Origin: an uncultured virus (IMG/VR IMGVR_UViG_3300046455_000579)
Taxonomy: Duplodnaviria > Heunggongvirae > Uroviricota > Caudoviricetes
IMG/VR virus record: IMGVR_UViG_3300046455_000579
Reading direction: 5' to 3' (one strand)
DNA length: 64,000 nucleotides
Both the position numbers and the translations under genes were made by a program. Position 1 is the first letter of the stretch. Each line of letters opens with the position of its first letter. Below the pieces are notes generated by a model. It worked only from the letters and a program-made list of their open reading frames with translations, was not told where the DNA came from and made no database searches. Positions 36,965 through 45,120 of the stretch are shown here, one piece after another.

Positions 36965-38839
36965 CCCGCTCCCCTGCTGCCCCTGCGCGGCCGGGCCCTG
37001 GGCGGCAGCGGCTGCGGGGTCGTCGGACGGCAGGGCGGGCAGCTGGACCGCGGGCGCTTCGGGCTCGTCGGGGGCTTCGCGGCCGAGGAACTTCGCGGTC
37101 TCGTCCACGTTGCCGAGGGCGTCGGCGAGGTTGCGGGCGTCGTCGAAGGAGCGGGCGTCGATCCGCTTGATCTCTTCCTCGGCGTCGTCGATGGGCCAGC
37201 CGATGTCCTGCAGCATTCGGATCGCCGTCTCCAATGAGATCAGCTTGTCGGTGCGGGCGTTGCGAATGGACTCGAGGGCTGCCGTCTTGTCGGTGGGACG
37301 GAACGAGCCGCGCACGATCTTCGCCGGGAGGGGGGTGATGCCCGCCCAGTCGGGGTGCTGGCCGGCGAGGAACAACCGTTGGACGAACTTGGGGAGGAGC
37401 CGGTCGGCGTGGTCGCGGGCCAGGCGCATCCCGGCGATCAGGGAGTCCTCCGGGCCCAGCGCCAACTCGAGAGCGTACCCGGACGGCATCTTGGACGGGT
37501 CCAGGGTGCCAAGGGCGACGGGCGGGATACGGACGACGTTCGCTGCGCGTTCGCCGAGGTCGTGGACCTGGTTGCGGAGTTCGGCGAGGTTGCGGCTGGT
37601 GTCGACGGTGGTGATGCCGCCGCCCTCGCCGAGCGTGAACACCAGACCCGGCCCGGCCTCATAGTGCTGCTGCCCGGACACCGACTTCCCGGAGATGCCG
37701 ATCATCGGGGAGCCGGTGGTGGCCGAGGCGCGGCTGGAGTCGGTGTCGGAGCCGGACAGTTCGTCGAAGATCTGCAGGGCCTTGGCGAGGCTGGACTGCC
37801 CCCAGTGCTCCCCCGGCTCGGGCACGGTGTTGGGGACGTGGATGACCGGCAGGAAGTCCTGGTACAGGTCGAGGCGGTCGAGGATCTCGCCCTGCTCGTT
37901 GGTGGCGAAGGACGCCTTGCCCATGGGCAGGCTGTCGATGTCGACAGGGCCCTTGAGGTCGCCGAGGTCCCAGGTCGCGTCGGTGAGGTAGCAGGTCCTG
38001 AACGACGGCTTCTCGGACCAGGGGTACAGGCGGGTGATGGAGCCGTTGGCGTCGACCTGGTCGCCCTGGCCGAGGACCGGGGCGGACGGGGTGGTGTCGG
38101 TGGCTTCGGACATGACGGGGGCGCGCAGGGCCCGGCCGGTGCGGTCGACACCGTTCGCGGTGCGAGGGCCGATCCAGTCGAGGTGGTAGGTAATGCGGCG
38201 CAGCCGGGCCGGCAGCTTGCGGGCCTTGTCCTCCGGGAGTTCCCACGCGAAATGCACTTTGTCGGGGTAGTCGGAGCCGTCGTCGTCTTCCCCCACGACC
38301 GGGAAGTAGAAGCCGGGGTCGAAGGTTTTCACGCGAACGCGCTGCTTGTCGCCGTCCCAGTACAGGAGGTAGACGCCGTCGCCGAGGCCTACGGCCTTGC
38401 GTTCGGTCTGGAGCATCCGCATCGGCAGGAGTTCCTCGTCGGCCCACTCCCGCAGCAGCGTCTGGACGCGTTCTGCGGCCGCCGACTCCGGGGTCTGCTG
38501 GTCGCCTTCGGCGCCGGGCACGGTGATGATCTGCTCACTGCCCAGGACGTCCGAGGTCAGCTTGTCGACGAACATCGACGGGTCACCGAACTCGCGCCGG
38601 TCGCGGGCCGTATCCCCGTCGACGAAGGCCGACAGTTCGGCGACCTGGTTGTGGTCGTAGGCCTTCAGCAGCTTGTAGGAGGCCAGGCGGCGCTCGTCGG
38701 CGGCGGGGACCCAGGTCGCGGCGGCTTCCGGAAAGGCGCGGCGGTGGGGCATGCCGAGGCTGTCGGAGAAGATCGGCTTGTAGTTCAGCCACGACCAGCC
38801 GTCGATGACGGCCTCTCTCAAGCCGGTGAAGAGGCCCAC
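36950..38839 (-). CDS. portal protein
   Basis: 629 aa after the terminase; GLGDGVY, LPVIHVPN…HWGQS, SGYALEL. Confidence 0.85.
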   Translation of the reverse strand: MGLFTGLREAVIDGWSWLNYKPIFSDSLGMPHRRAFPEAAATWVPAADERRLASYKLLKAYDHNQVAELSAFVDGDTARDRREFGDPSMFVDKLTSDVLGSEQIITVPGAEGDQQTPESAAAERVQTLLREWADEELLPMRMLQTERKAVGLGDGVYLLYWDGDKQRVRVKTFDPGFYFPVVGEDDDGSDYPDKVHFAWELPEDKARKLPARLRRITYHLDWIGPRTANGVDRTGRALRAPVMSEATDTTPSAPVLGQGDQVDANGSITRLYPWSEKPSFRTCYLTDATWDLGDLKGPVDIDSLPMGKASFATNEQGEILDRLDLYQDFLPVIHVPNTVPEPGEHWGQSSLAKALQIFDELSGSDTDSSRASATTGSPMIGISGKSVSGQQHYEAGPGLVFTLGEGGGITTVDTSRNLAELRNQVHDLGERAANVVRIPPVALGTLDPSKMPSGYALELALGPEDSLIAGMRLARDHADRLLPKFVQRLFLAGQHPDWAGITPLPAKIVRGSFRPTDKTAALESIRNARTDKLISLETAIRMLQDIGWPIDDAEEEIKRIDARSFDDARNLADALGNVDETAKFLGREAPDEPEAPAVQLPALPSDDPAAAAAQGPAAQGQQGSGGNTS

Positions 38840-38857
38840 AGCGATCCTTCCGCTATC

Positions 38858-38907
38858 CAGGCCCCGCGCCTGTGATCAGCGTACGGGCTGGGCATGGTCG
38901 GGTTCCC
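38858..38907 (-). promoter_or_regulatory. late-promoter/hairpin element, copy upstream of the portal gene
   Basis: GGGAAC-N18-TACGCT-N5-CAGGCGCGGGGCCTG. Confidence 0.65.
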
Positions 38908-39262
38908 CCGGCTGTTCGGGCAGCGGGACCGTGCGGCGGCCGCCGTCGTAGTCGACGGCGTGCCCGGCGGCGACGAGGTCCGCGTTGAGGGTGCGGGCGC
39001 CCGCGGTGATGGTGCCGAGGATCCGCCCGTACTTCTCGGTCTTGTCGAGTTCGGTGCGCAGGATCAGGTCGGGCCCGTTCTCGGCGAGCCACTGGGTGGT
39101 GAACGCGGTGGCGGCGTCTCCGGCCGGGCTGCCGTGTTCGGGGCAGTTCACGCCGAGGAGTCGGACGCGTTCGTGGATCTGGATGTGAAATCCCAGGTCG
39201 GCGAGGACGTCCAGGGTGTCGCCATCGACGACTCTGGACAGCCGCGCAGCGTAGACATACAT
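38876..39262 (-). CDS. thermonuclease (SNase-like)
   Basis: RVVDGDT, VRLLGVNCPE, EKYGRILG, LVAAGHA. Confidence 0.9.
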   Translation of the reverse strand: MYVYAARLSRVVDGDTLDVLADLGFHIQIHERVRLLGVNCPEHGSPAGDAATAFTTQWLAENGPDLILRTELDKTEKYGRILGTITAGARTLNADLVAAGHAVDYDGGRRTVPLPEQPGEPDHAQPVR

Positions 39263-39271
39263 CGGGTTCTC

Positions 39272-40894
39272 CTATCGGCGGCCGCGGAGGCGTTGGTCGC
39301 GGTAGTTGGAGGTGCCGAGGCCCTGGGTGGAGGGGTCGGCGAGTTCGGTGAGGGCGTGGACGGCGGCGTCCATGCGGTCGGGTGAGTCCATGCCGGGGAT
39401 CCAGGTGACCATCTGGCCCTCGAGGCGGGGGAATTCGCCGAGGTGGTGGACGAGGCCTTGGGCGTAGAGCTGGGCGATGGGTTCGGCGCGTAGCCGTTTG
39501 CCTTGCTTGGCGTGGACTTCGATGATCGATGGCATGAGGAGGCCGCGGGTTTCGCCTCGTTCGGCAAGCTCTTTCCAGGCCTGGCGGATGATCTGCTTGG
39601 CCATGTCGCCGCCGAAGTTGGCTTCGACGACGATGGCGTCGGCCTGGTACTCGATGGCGAGTTGGCAGGCGGCGAGGCCCCAGGTGTCGGCGCCCATGCG
39701 GTCGGATGCGTCGGCGAGGAGGTAGAGGTGGCCTTCGCGGTCGCGTCCTGCTGCGCACAGGCCGGCTTCGTCGTTTCCGTCTCCTTCTCCGCCGGCGTGG
39801 TCGACGGCGACGATGCTGCGGGTGAGGTCGATGCCGCGGAACGCCATGGGGGTGATGCGGTGGTCGGTGATCCATGGCCATTTCCACACGCCGCCCTCGA
39901 GTGGGCGGGGTTTTTGCATGTAGAGGGACCACCAGACGCGTTCCCCGACGGCGCGGCGGATCTTCTGGAGGGCTTTGGTGCCGTAGCGGATGGGCCACAG
40001 GGGGCGGCCGATGTCGCGGCCGAGGGCGTCGTTTTCGCTGTCGGCGATGGCGGGGAGGTCGAGGATGGTCCAGTCGTCGGCGTCTTCTCCGGCGAGGATG
40101 CGGCCGGCGAGGTCCTGTTCGTGCCAGCGGGTCTGGATGACCAGGATGGATCCGCCGGGTTCGATGCGGGTGTTGAGGACGGATGTCCACCAGTCCCACA
40201 GGCGGCGCCGCATGGTGGGGGATTCGGCGTCGGCGGCGTCTTTGATGGGGTCGTCGACGACGGCGAGGTGGGCGCCCTTGCCGGTGAGGCCGCCGCCGAC
40301 GCCTGCGGTGACGAGGCCGCCTTCGAGGCGTTCGCCGGTGTCGGGGTCGGCGAGGTCGAACCGGTTCGCCGCTTTGCTGCCGGAGTGGAGGGCGAGGCCG
40401 ATCTGGGGGCCGTAGGAGACGATCGCGTCGCGGATCCACCGTCCGTGGTCGTCGGCGAGGTCCGCGGAGTATGAGGCGATCATGACGCGGTGGTCGGGGT
40501 GCCTCGACAGGTACCAGAGCGGCGCCCACCGGGCCGCACGCCGGCTTTTGCCGTGCCGCGGAGGCATGGTGATGAGGACCTTGCGGGGCCGGCCGCGGGC
40601 GATGTCGCGGAACACCTGGTCGATCAGGTCCAGGTGGCGGGCCTGCTTCTCCTTCCCGTCGGTGAGGATCGCCGACATGGCGCCCGGCGACCGCTTGAGG
40701 GCCATGTCGCGTTCGACCCCGGCGAGGACGGTGCGGACCTCTCCACTGGCCCGGCAGGCGATATGGCGGCGCTGAGCCCGGTTCAGGCGCCGGTACTGGG
40801 CGACCAGTTGGAGTAGCTCCTCCGCTCCCTGGACGACGTCATCAACGTCCTCGTCGTGCCCCGGGCCGACGTCAGGTGTCGTCGCTGTGGTCAT
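39272..40894 (-). CDS. terminase large subunit
   Basis: Walker A MPPRHGKS, Walker B VVDD, QTRWH, nuclease motifs VAVD…EANFGG…PDRMDA. Confidence 0.92.
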   Translation of the reverse strand: MTTATTPDVGPGHDEDVDDVVQGAEELLQLVAQYRRLNRAQRRHIACRASGEVRTVLAGVERDMALKRSPGAMSAILTDGKEKQARHLDLIDQVFRDIARGRPRKVLITMPPRHGKSRRAARWAPLWYLSRHPDHRVMIASYSADLADDHGRWIRDAIVSYGPQIGLALHSGSKAANRFDLADPDTGERLEGGLVTAGVGGGLTGKGAHLAVVDDPIKDAADAESPTMRRRLWDWWTSVLNTRIEPGGSILVIQTRWHEQDLAGRILAGEDADDWTILDLPAIADSENDALGRDIGRPLWPIRYGTKALQKIRRAVGERVWWSLYMQKPRPLEGGVWKWPWITDHRITPMAFRGIDLTRSIVAVDHAGGEGDGNDEAGLCAAGRDREGHLYLLADASDRMGADTWGLAACQLAIEYQADAIVVEANFGGDMAKQIIRQAWKELAERGETRGLLMPSIIEVHAKQGKRLRAEPIAQLYAQGLVHHLGEFPRLEGQMVTWIPGMDSPDRMDAAVHALTELADPSTQGLGTSNYRDQRLRGRR

Positions 40895-41375
40895 CCAGTG
40901 CGCCTTCGTCGCCCTCGTCGGGGGCTTCGTCGTCCTCGGGATCGGGGTCGCCTGCTGCTCCGATCAGGCTGCGGAGTTCGGCGATGCTGGCCTGGCTGAT
41001 GGGGACGGCTCCCCCGCCGGGCCCGGACACCTCGGCGCGGATGGGTTCGGCCACCCCGTACAGGCGGATCCGTTCGGCGATGAGCCGGCGGGCCGCCTCG
41101 ACGGCCTTGAGGTCGCCCTTGAGCGCTTTGGGCCACACGGCGGCCAGGAGGCGTTCGAAGCGGGCTCCTTCGACCTCGCGCAGGTTCTCGACTGCTTCCT
41201 TCTCTTCCAGCCGGTTGCGCTGGATGGCGCGCCAGAAGTCTTTGCGGGCAGCGCCGTCGTCGGCGTAGTCGAGGCGGTCGGCGATGGCTTCGAAGTCCAT
41301 GCCGGCGAGCTTCAGTGCGATGAGCTGCTTGCGTCGCTGCGCGGTGACGGCCTGCTGGGCTTTGGATGCGGGCAT
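40872..41375 (-). CDS. terminase small subunit
   Basis: N-terminal HTH, EVSGPGGG motif, directly upstream of the large subunit. Confidence 0.75.
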   Translation of the reverse strand: MPASKAQQAVTAQRRKQLIALKLAGMDFEAIADRLDYADDGAARKDFWRAIQRNRLEEKEAVENLREVEGARFERLLAAVWPKALKGDLKAVEAARRLIAERIRLYGVAEPIRAEVSGPGGGAVPISQASIAELRSLIGAAGDPDPEDDEAPDEGDEGALDDHSDDT

Positions 41376-41464
41376 CAGTCGTCACCGTCCTGGGCGGTGG
41401 TGAGGTCGTGTTCCTCGCCGGCTGCCTGCTGGTGGGTGTGGCTGCTGTGTGCGCTGGTGGTCAT
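41375..41464 (-). CDS. 29-aa leader ORF coupled to the small terminase
   Basis: MTTSAHSSHTHQQAAGEEHDLTTAQDGDD; GGGAG RBS; TGATG overlap. Confidence 0.45.
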   Translation of the reverse strand: MTTSAHSSHTHQQAAGEEHDLTTAQDGDD

Positions 41465-41498
41465 GGCGGTGGGGGCTCCCGCTCGTATGTCTGACTGT

Positions 41499-41549
41499 CA
41501 GGCCCCGCGCCTGCTCCTGATGATCCCTGGTTTCCTCCGTTTCCTTCCC
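41499..41549 (-). promoter_or_regulatory. late-promoter/hairpin element, copy upstream of the terminase operon
   Basis: GGGAAG-N18-GATCAT-N6-CAGGCGCGGGGCCTG. Confidence 0.65.
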
Positions 41550-41620
41550 CCAGCAGGGGTGTTGCGCGTGGCCGGGAGGGGGGCCGGGTCGCGGGCCGGC
41601 GGGCGGTGCTGCTCCCCGAA

Positions 41621-41676
41621 TTAGGTTGTCCATCTCATGTTGACGGCCCATCGGGGCTCCGTTAGATTGTCCATAT
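41621..41676 (+). promoter_or_regulatory. sigma70-type promoter with two TAGRTTGTCCAT boxes
   Basis: TTGACG(41640)-N17-TAGATT(41663); boxes at 41622 and 41663. Confidence 0.7.
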
Positions 41677-41705
41677 CAACACGACAACCTACGGAGGGAG
41701 CACCG

Positions 41706-42110
41706 ATGCAGAACCTGCGGAGCCTGACGGACAACCAGCTCGCCGAGGTGTACAGCGACGGCGACGAGGCCACCCAGGCCGCGGTGCTCCGCGAGGCCGC
41801 CCGCAGGGACCGCAAGGACGCACAGACCGCCCGCGACAAGGCCCGCTGGGCGGCCGTGAACGACCAGTGGATGAGCTGGGCCGAAGCGCAGTTCGCCGCC
41901 GCCGAGGCCGAGTGCCGCGGATACCTGCTCAACAAGGCCGGCCAGGCCGAGGGCATGACCCCGTGGACGCTGTGGACCGGCCCCGCAGCCCGCGCGACGC
42001 GGTACGCCTCCGAGGAGCTGCTGGAGTTCTGGGACACCCACCCGCGCCTGACCGTCAGCGAGTACCGCAACGAGCTGCGCCGCGCGAACCACGACCAGCC
42101 GGCCGCCTGA
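41706..42110 (+). CDS. hypothetical protein
   Basis: GGAGGGAG RBS; Trp-rich (YASEELLEFW). Confidence 0.7.
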   Translation: MQNLRSLTDNQLAEVYSDGDEATQAAVLREAARRDRKDAQTARDKARWAAVNDQWMSWAEAQFAAAEAECRGYLLNKAGQAEGMTPWTLWTGPAARATRYASEELLEFWDTHPRLTVSEYRNELRRANHDQPAA

Positions 42111-42143
42111 ACCGCCCATCCCACCCGCCGAAAGGACACGACC

Positions 42144-42479
42144 ATGACCGACTCCTCCTCCACCACCCGCTTCCAGGCCCGCAAGGCGCGCTCCGGCTGG
42201 TACGTCCAGGACTCCGTCACGGGCGACGTGTGGACGGGACTGTCCCGGCCCGGTGTGGACAACCTGATCGGCCACCTCGCCAAGGACAGGGCGTCCGCCC
42301 CGGTGGTCACGGCGGTCGCGGACGAGCCCGCCACCGCGGACGAGCCCGGCCAGCAGCCGCTGTGGGTGGAGATGATGGGCGCGGACTTCGGCGAGAGCCG
42401 TGGGCCGGTGCAGGGTTCGCTGTTCCAGGCTCCGGATGCGTGCGGAACGCTGGACCTGTTCGCCGCCATGGGCGAGTAG
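42144..42479 (+). CDS. hypothetical protein
   Basis: AAAGGA RBS; within the operon. Confidence 0.6.
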   Translation: MTDSSSTTRFQARKARSGWYVQDSVTGDVWTGLSRPGVDNLIGHLAKDRASAPVVTAVADEPATADEPGQQPLWVEMMGADFGESRGPVQGSLFQAPDACGTLDLFAAMGE

Positions 42480-42516
42480 CTTGTCTCTATCAGAACGACT
42501 ATCTATGGAGGTTGTG

Positions 42517-42876
42517 ATGGGTGCTGAGCCCGCAGGGCTGCCGGACGCCGACGAGCTGATCGCCGTGGCGCAGGGGGCGCTGGCCGGCGGCACGGCCGAC
42601 GACGCGCGCCGCGCGCTGGACGCTTACGCCCCGGCCGTCGACACGCTGGTCGATGCGGCCGCGGCCGCGGCGTGGCTGGGCATCTCGCCATCCTCCATCT
42701 ACCGCGAGCGCTCGCGCGAGCGCGCGGACGGGACGCCCGGCTGGCCCGACCCGGACAGGAAGTTCGGCCGGTCGGGGGTCTGGAGCTACCGGACGCTGGT
42801 GCTGCACCGGGCGACGATGCCGGGCCGGGGTTCGGCCGGCCGGGGTCGTCCGCGTCGGGCCGGCCAGTCGGGTTGA
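42517..42876 (+). CDS. AlpA/MerR-like HTH DNA-binding protein with an AT-hook-like tail
   Basis: LVDAAAAAAWLGISPSSIY…WPDPD..FGRSGVW; GRGRPR. Confidence 0.7.
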   Translation: MGAEPAGLPDADELIAVAQGALAGGTADDARRALDAYAPAVDTLVDAAAAAAWLGISPSSIYRERSRERADGTPGWPDPDRKFGRSGVWSYRTLVLHRATMPGRGSAGRGRPRRAGQSG

Positions 42877-42908
42877 CGGGGTTCTCACCCGGAAGATAGG
42901 TTGTCCAT

Positions 42909-43349
42909 ATGGACGAGACAAGCTTTCAGGATGCCCTGTTCGCCACGGACACCGAGCCCACGCCGTACGTGCTCACCGTGAAGCAGCCCTGGGCGTGGGC
43001 CATCATCCACGCGGGCAAGGACGTCGAAAACCGCAGCAGGCCTGTCAACTACCGGGGCAAGCTGCTCATCCAGGCTGGCAAGAGCTACGCCCCCGAGGGT
43101 GACAAGTACCTGCGCGATCTGGGCATCACTCCCCCGGCCGACCTGCCGCGCGGCTGCATCATCGGCTCTGTCGAGGTCGTCGGCTCCACCAGCCGGTCCA
43201 CCTCCGAGTGGGCCATGGACGGATACCAGCACTGGCTGCTCGCCGACCCGAAGCCTGCTGCGCAGCTCCTGCCGTGCCGGGGATCGCTGAGCATGTTCCG
43301 CGCCCCCGAGGGTTGGGAGCAGGCGTTCACGTCGCCTTCGGGGGCATGA
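42909..43349 (+). CDS. ASCH-domain protein
   Basis: LTVKQPWAWAIIHAGKDVENRS…YRGKLLIQAG…PRGCIIG; probable leaderless promoter TTGACG(42873)-N18-TAGGTT(42897). Confidence 0.85.
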   Translation: MDETSFQDALFATDTEPTPYVLTVKQPWAWAIIHAGKDVENRSRPVNYRGKLLIQAGKSYAPEGDKYLRDLGITPPADLPRGCIIGSVEVVGSTSRSTSEWAMDGYQHWLLADPKPAAQLLPCRGSLSMFRAPEGWEQAFTSPSGA

Positions 43350-44418
43350 ACTCGAAACTGCGCGTGAGAAGGCGTCGGGGGTCGGAGTAGCGCTTCCTCA
43401 GCGAGCCCGTGAGGCTCTTGCCGGGCTTTCCTGTACTCACCTTCCCGGTCTCGCGCCAGCGTGGGGAGCGCACGCAGTAGGCGATGACTGCCGGATGGGC
43501 GACAACTCGCCTGTAACGGCAGCCTTGCTGGTACAAGTGCTGGCCGATCCATTCGGAGATACGGCCGCTGATCCCCAGCCCCTGGTAGTCGGGCAGGACG
43601 ACGGACCGGTGGTCCATCTTGATGTTCTTCGCCTGGGCGTGCGGGAAGTGCATGTAGGCGCTGAAGGCTACGAGGTCGTCACCGATGAAGCCGCCGAAGC
43701 AGCGTGCGGAGCGGTTCAGGTCGGCGCTCAGATAGTGATGGCGGCGAAACAGCGGCCAGACGGTGTGATCGACCTGGTGGATGCGGAGTTCGAGCGCGGG
43801 GTGGGGTTGAACCTGCCTCCACGCGAAGGAGTTGGCCGCGACGTCGAACACCCAGTCGGGCTGGAGCCAGTCGGTGACGTCGTAGTGGCAGGTGACGGCG
43901 ACGAACTGGCGGTCCTGGCGGCGCACTGCCTTTTGCACCGTGTGGGAGGCGACCTTGGCGACCTGACGGTCGACGACCGAGGTGAACTCGTCGACGACGA
44001 CCAGGCCGTCGGTCTCGGCGAGGGAGCGGGCGATGGAGGCACGGAACGCCTCGCCGTTGGACAGCGTGTGGTGCGGGCGCATCCACGCGGGCGGTGAGCC
44101 GAGGCCGACCGAGGTGAGCAGACCGATGATGTCCTTGATGCTCATGCTGGCCGGGAAGTCGTCGAGCAGCGACGCGTCCGGGGACCATACATAGTTCGCG
44201 GCCATCTCCTCGGGCCACACGTGCCGGGCCAGGGTGGACTTGCCTGCTCCGGAGGGTCCGACGATGAGACCGACGTTCCAGGGCCGGTCCTCGATGGGCA
44301 GGTTCGCGTCGAGGGTGTGGCCGGCTTTCTGCTCGATCGGGACGTCGAACATGCCGGCCATCTGCAGGACGCGGGCGGAGCTGCAGACGGTGGTGCTGAC
44401 GTTGACTTGTGCGCGCAT
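43327..44418 (-). CDS. ABC-ATPase / GNAT (Mom-like) acetyltransferase fusion
   Basis: GPSGAGKST, LSNGE, VVVDEF, VTCH; then HHYLS and RSVVLPDYQGLGIS. Confidence 0.85.
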   Translation of the reverse strand: MRAQVNVSTTVCSSARVLQMAGMFDVPIEQKAGHTLDANLPIEDRPWNVGLIVGPSGAGKSTLARHVWPEEMAANYVWSPDASLLDDFPASMSIKDIIGLLTSVGLGSPPAWMRPHHTLSNGEAFRASIARSLAETDGLVVVDEFTSVVDRQVAKVASHTVQKAVRRQDRQFVAVTCHYDVTDWLQPDWVFDVAANSFAWRQVQPHPALELRIHQVDHTVWPLFRRHHYLSADLNRSARCFGGFIGDDLVAFSAYMHFPHAQAKNIKMDHRSVVLPDYQGLGISGRISEWIGQHLYQQGCRYRRVVAHPAVIAYCVRSPRWRETGKVSTGKPGKSLTGSLRKRYSDPRRLLTRSFEFMPPKAT

Positions 44419-44433
44419 GCCGGGGTGTCCCTT

Positions 44434-45009
44434 CTATGCCATGAGGGCGCGGACGCGGCGCCCTTCGGCGGCCAGCCGCTCGAGGAGTTCGGTCTGCTGC
44501 TGCTCGTCCAGGCATTCGACGATGACGCCCCACGTTGCTTCGGTGTCCTCGATGGGGGCGTCGCCCTCTTCGGGGAGCTGCGGGGGGACGATCAGTGCGG
44601 CGACGTCTTCGTCGGTGTATCCGGTGCCTTCGTAGTCGCCGTCGAGGTAGGAGATGAGTTCGGCGAGGGCGTCTTTGTCGTTCTCTCCGAGCTCGGCGGT
44701 GCGGTTGTCGGCGAGGTTGATCCGGCGGGCGGTGTTGTCGTCGCAGACGACGACTTCGCAGCGGGCTGTCTCGTGCCCTTCGGCGGCGAGCCCCTGCATG
44801 GTGTGGTTGCCGGCCAGGACAATGAGGGGGCCGTCAGGGATTTCCCGGACGACGAGCGACCTGTACTGGCCGTTGCGGCGGAGGGATTTGCGGATGGCGT
44901 CGACGTCGCCGCGTTTCGCGTTGCCGGGGAACGGGGTGAGTTCATCCAGGGGGATGTCGGCGGTGCGGACGTAGGTGACGCCGGCGTCGGAGTCGGTGCT
45001 TTCGGTCAT
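44434..45009 (-). CDS. ParB/Srx-like domain protein
   Basis: LTPFPGNAK…IRKSLRRNGQYRSLVV…LAGNH…LADNRTAEL; no HTH. Confidence 0.85.
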   Translation of the reverse strand: MTESTDSDAGVTYVRTADIPLDELTPFPGNAKRGDVDAIRKSLRRNGQYRSLVVREIPDGPLIVLAGNHTMQGLAAEGHETARCEVVVCDDNTARRINLADNRTAELGENDKDALAELISYLDGDYEGTGYTDEDVAALIVPPQLPEEGDAPIEDTEATWGVIVECLDEQQQTELLERLAAEGRRVRALMA

Positions 45010-45037
45010 GGCGGTGGGGCTCCCGCTGTGTGGTTGT

Positions 45038-45088
45038 CAGGCCCCGCGCCTGTCACAGATGATCGCCGATTTCCGTGGTTCTGTTCCC
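45038..45088 (-). promoter_or_regulatory. late-promoter/hairpin element, copy upstream of the ParB-like gene
   Basis: GGGAAC-N18-GATCAT-N6-CAGGCGCGGGGCCTG. Confidence 0.65.
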
Positions 45089-45120
45089 TGCGCCCTGGTT
45101 GGGGCGTCACGATGCCCGGC

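Noticed and set aside
12180..40474. Many long plus-strand ORFs opposite the structural genes
   Set aside because: Shadow ORFs expected in high-GC DNA, with no recognisable motifs
44434..45009. ParB as a plasmid partition protein
   Set aside because: It lacks the HTH and dimerisation regions and has no adjacent ParA; the context points to DNA modification or packaging
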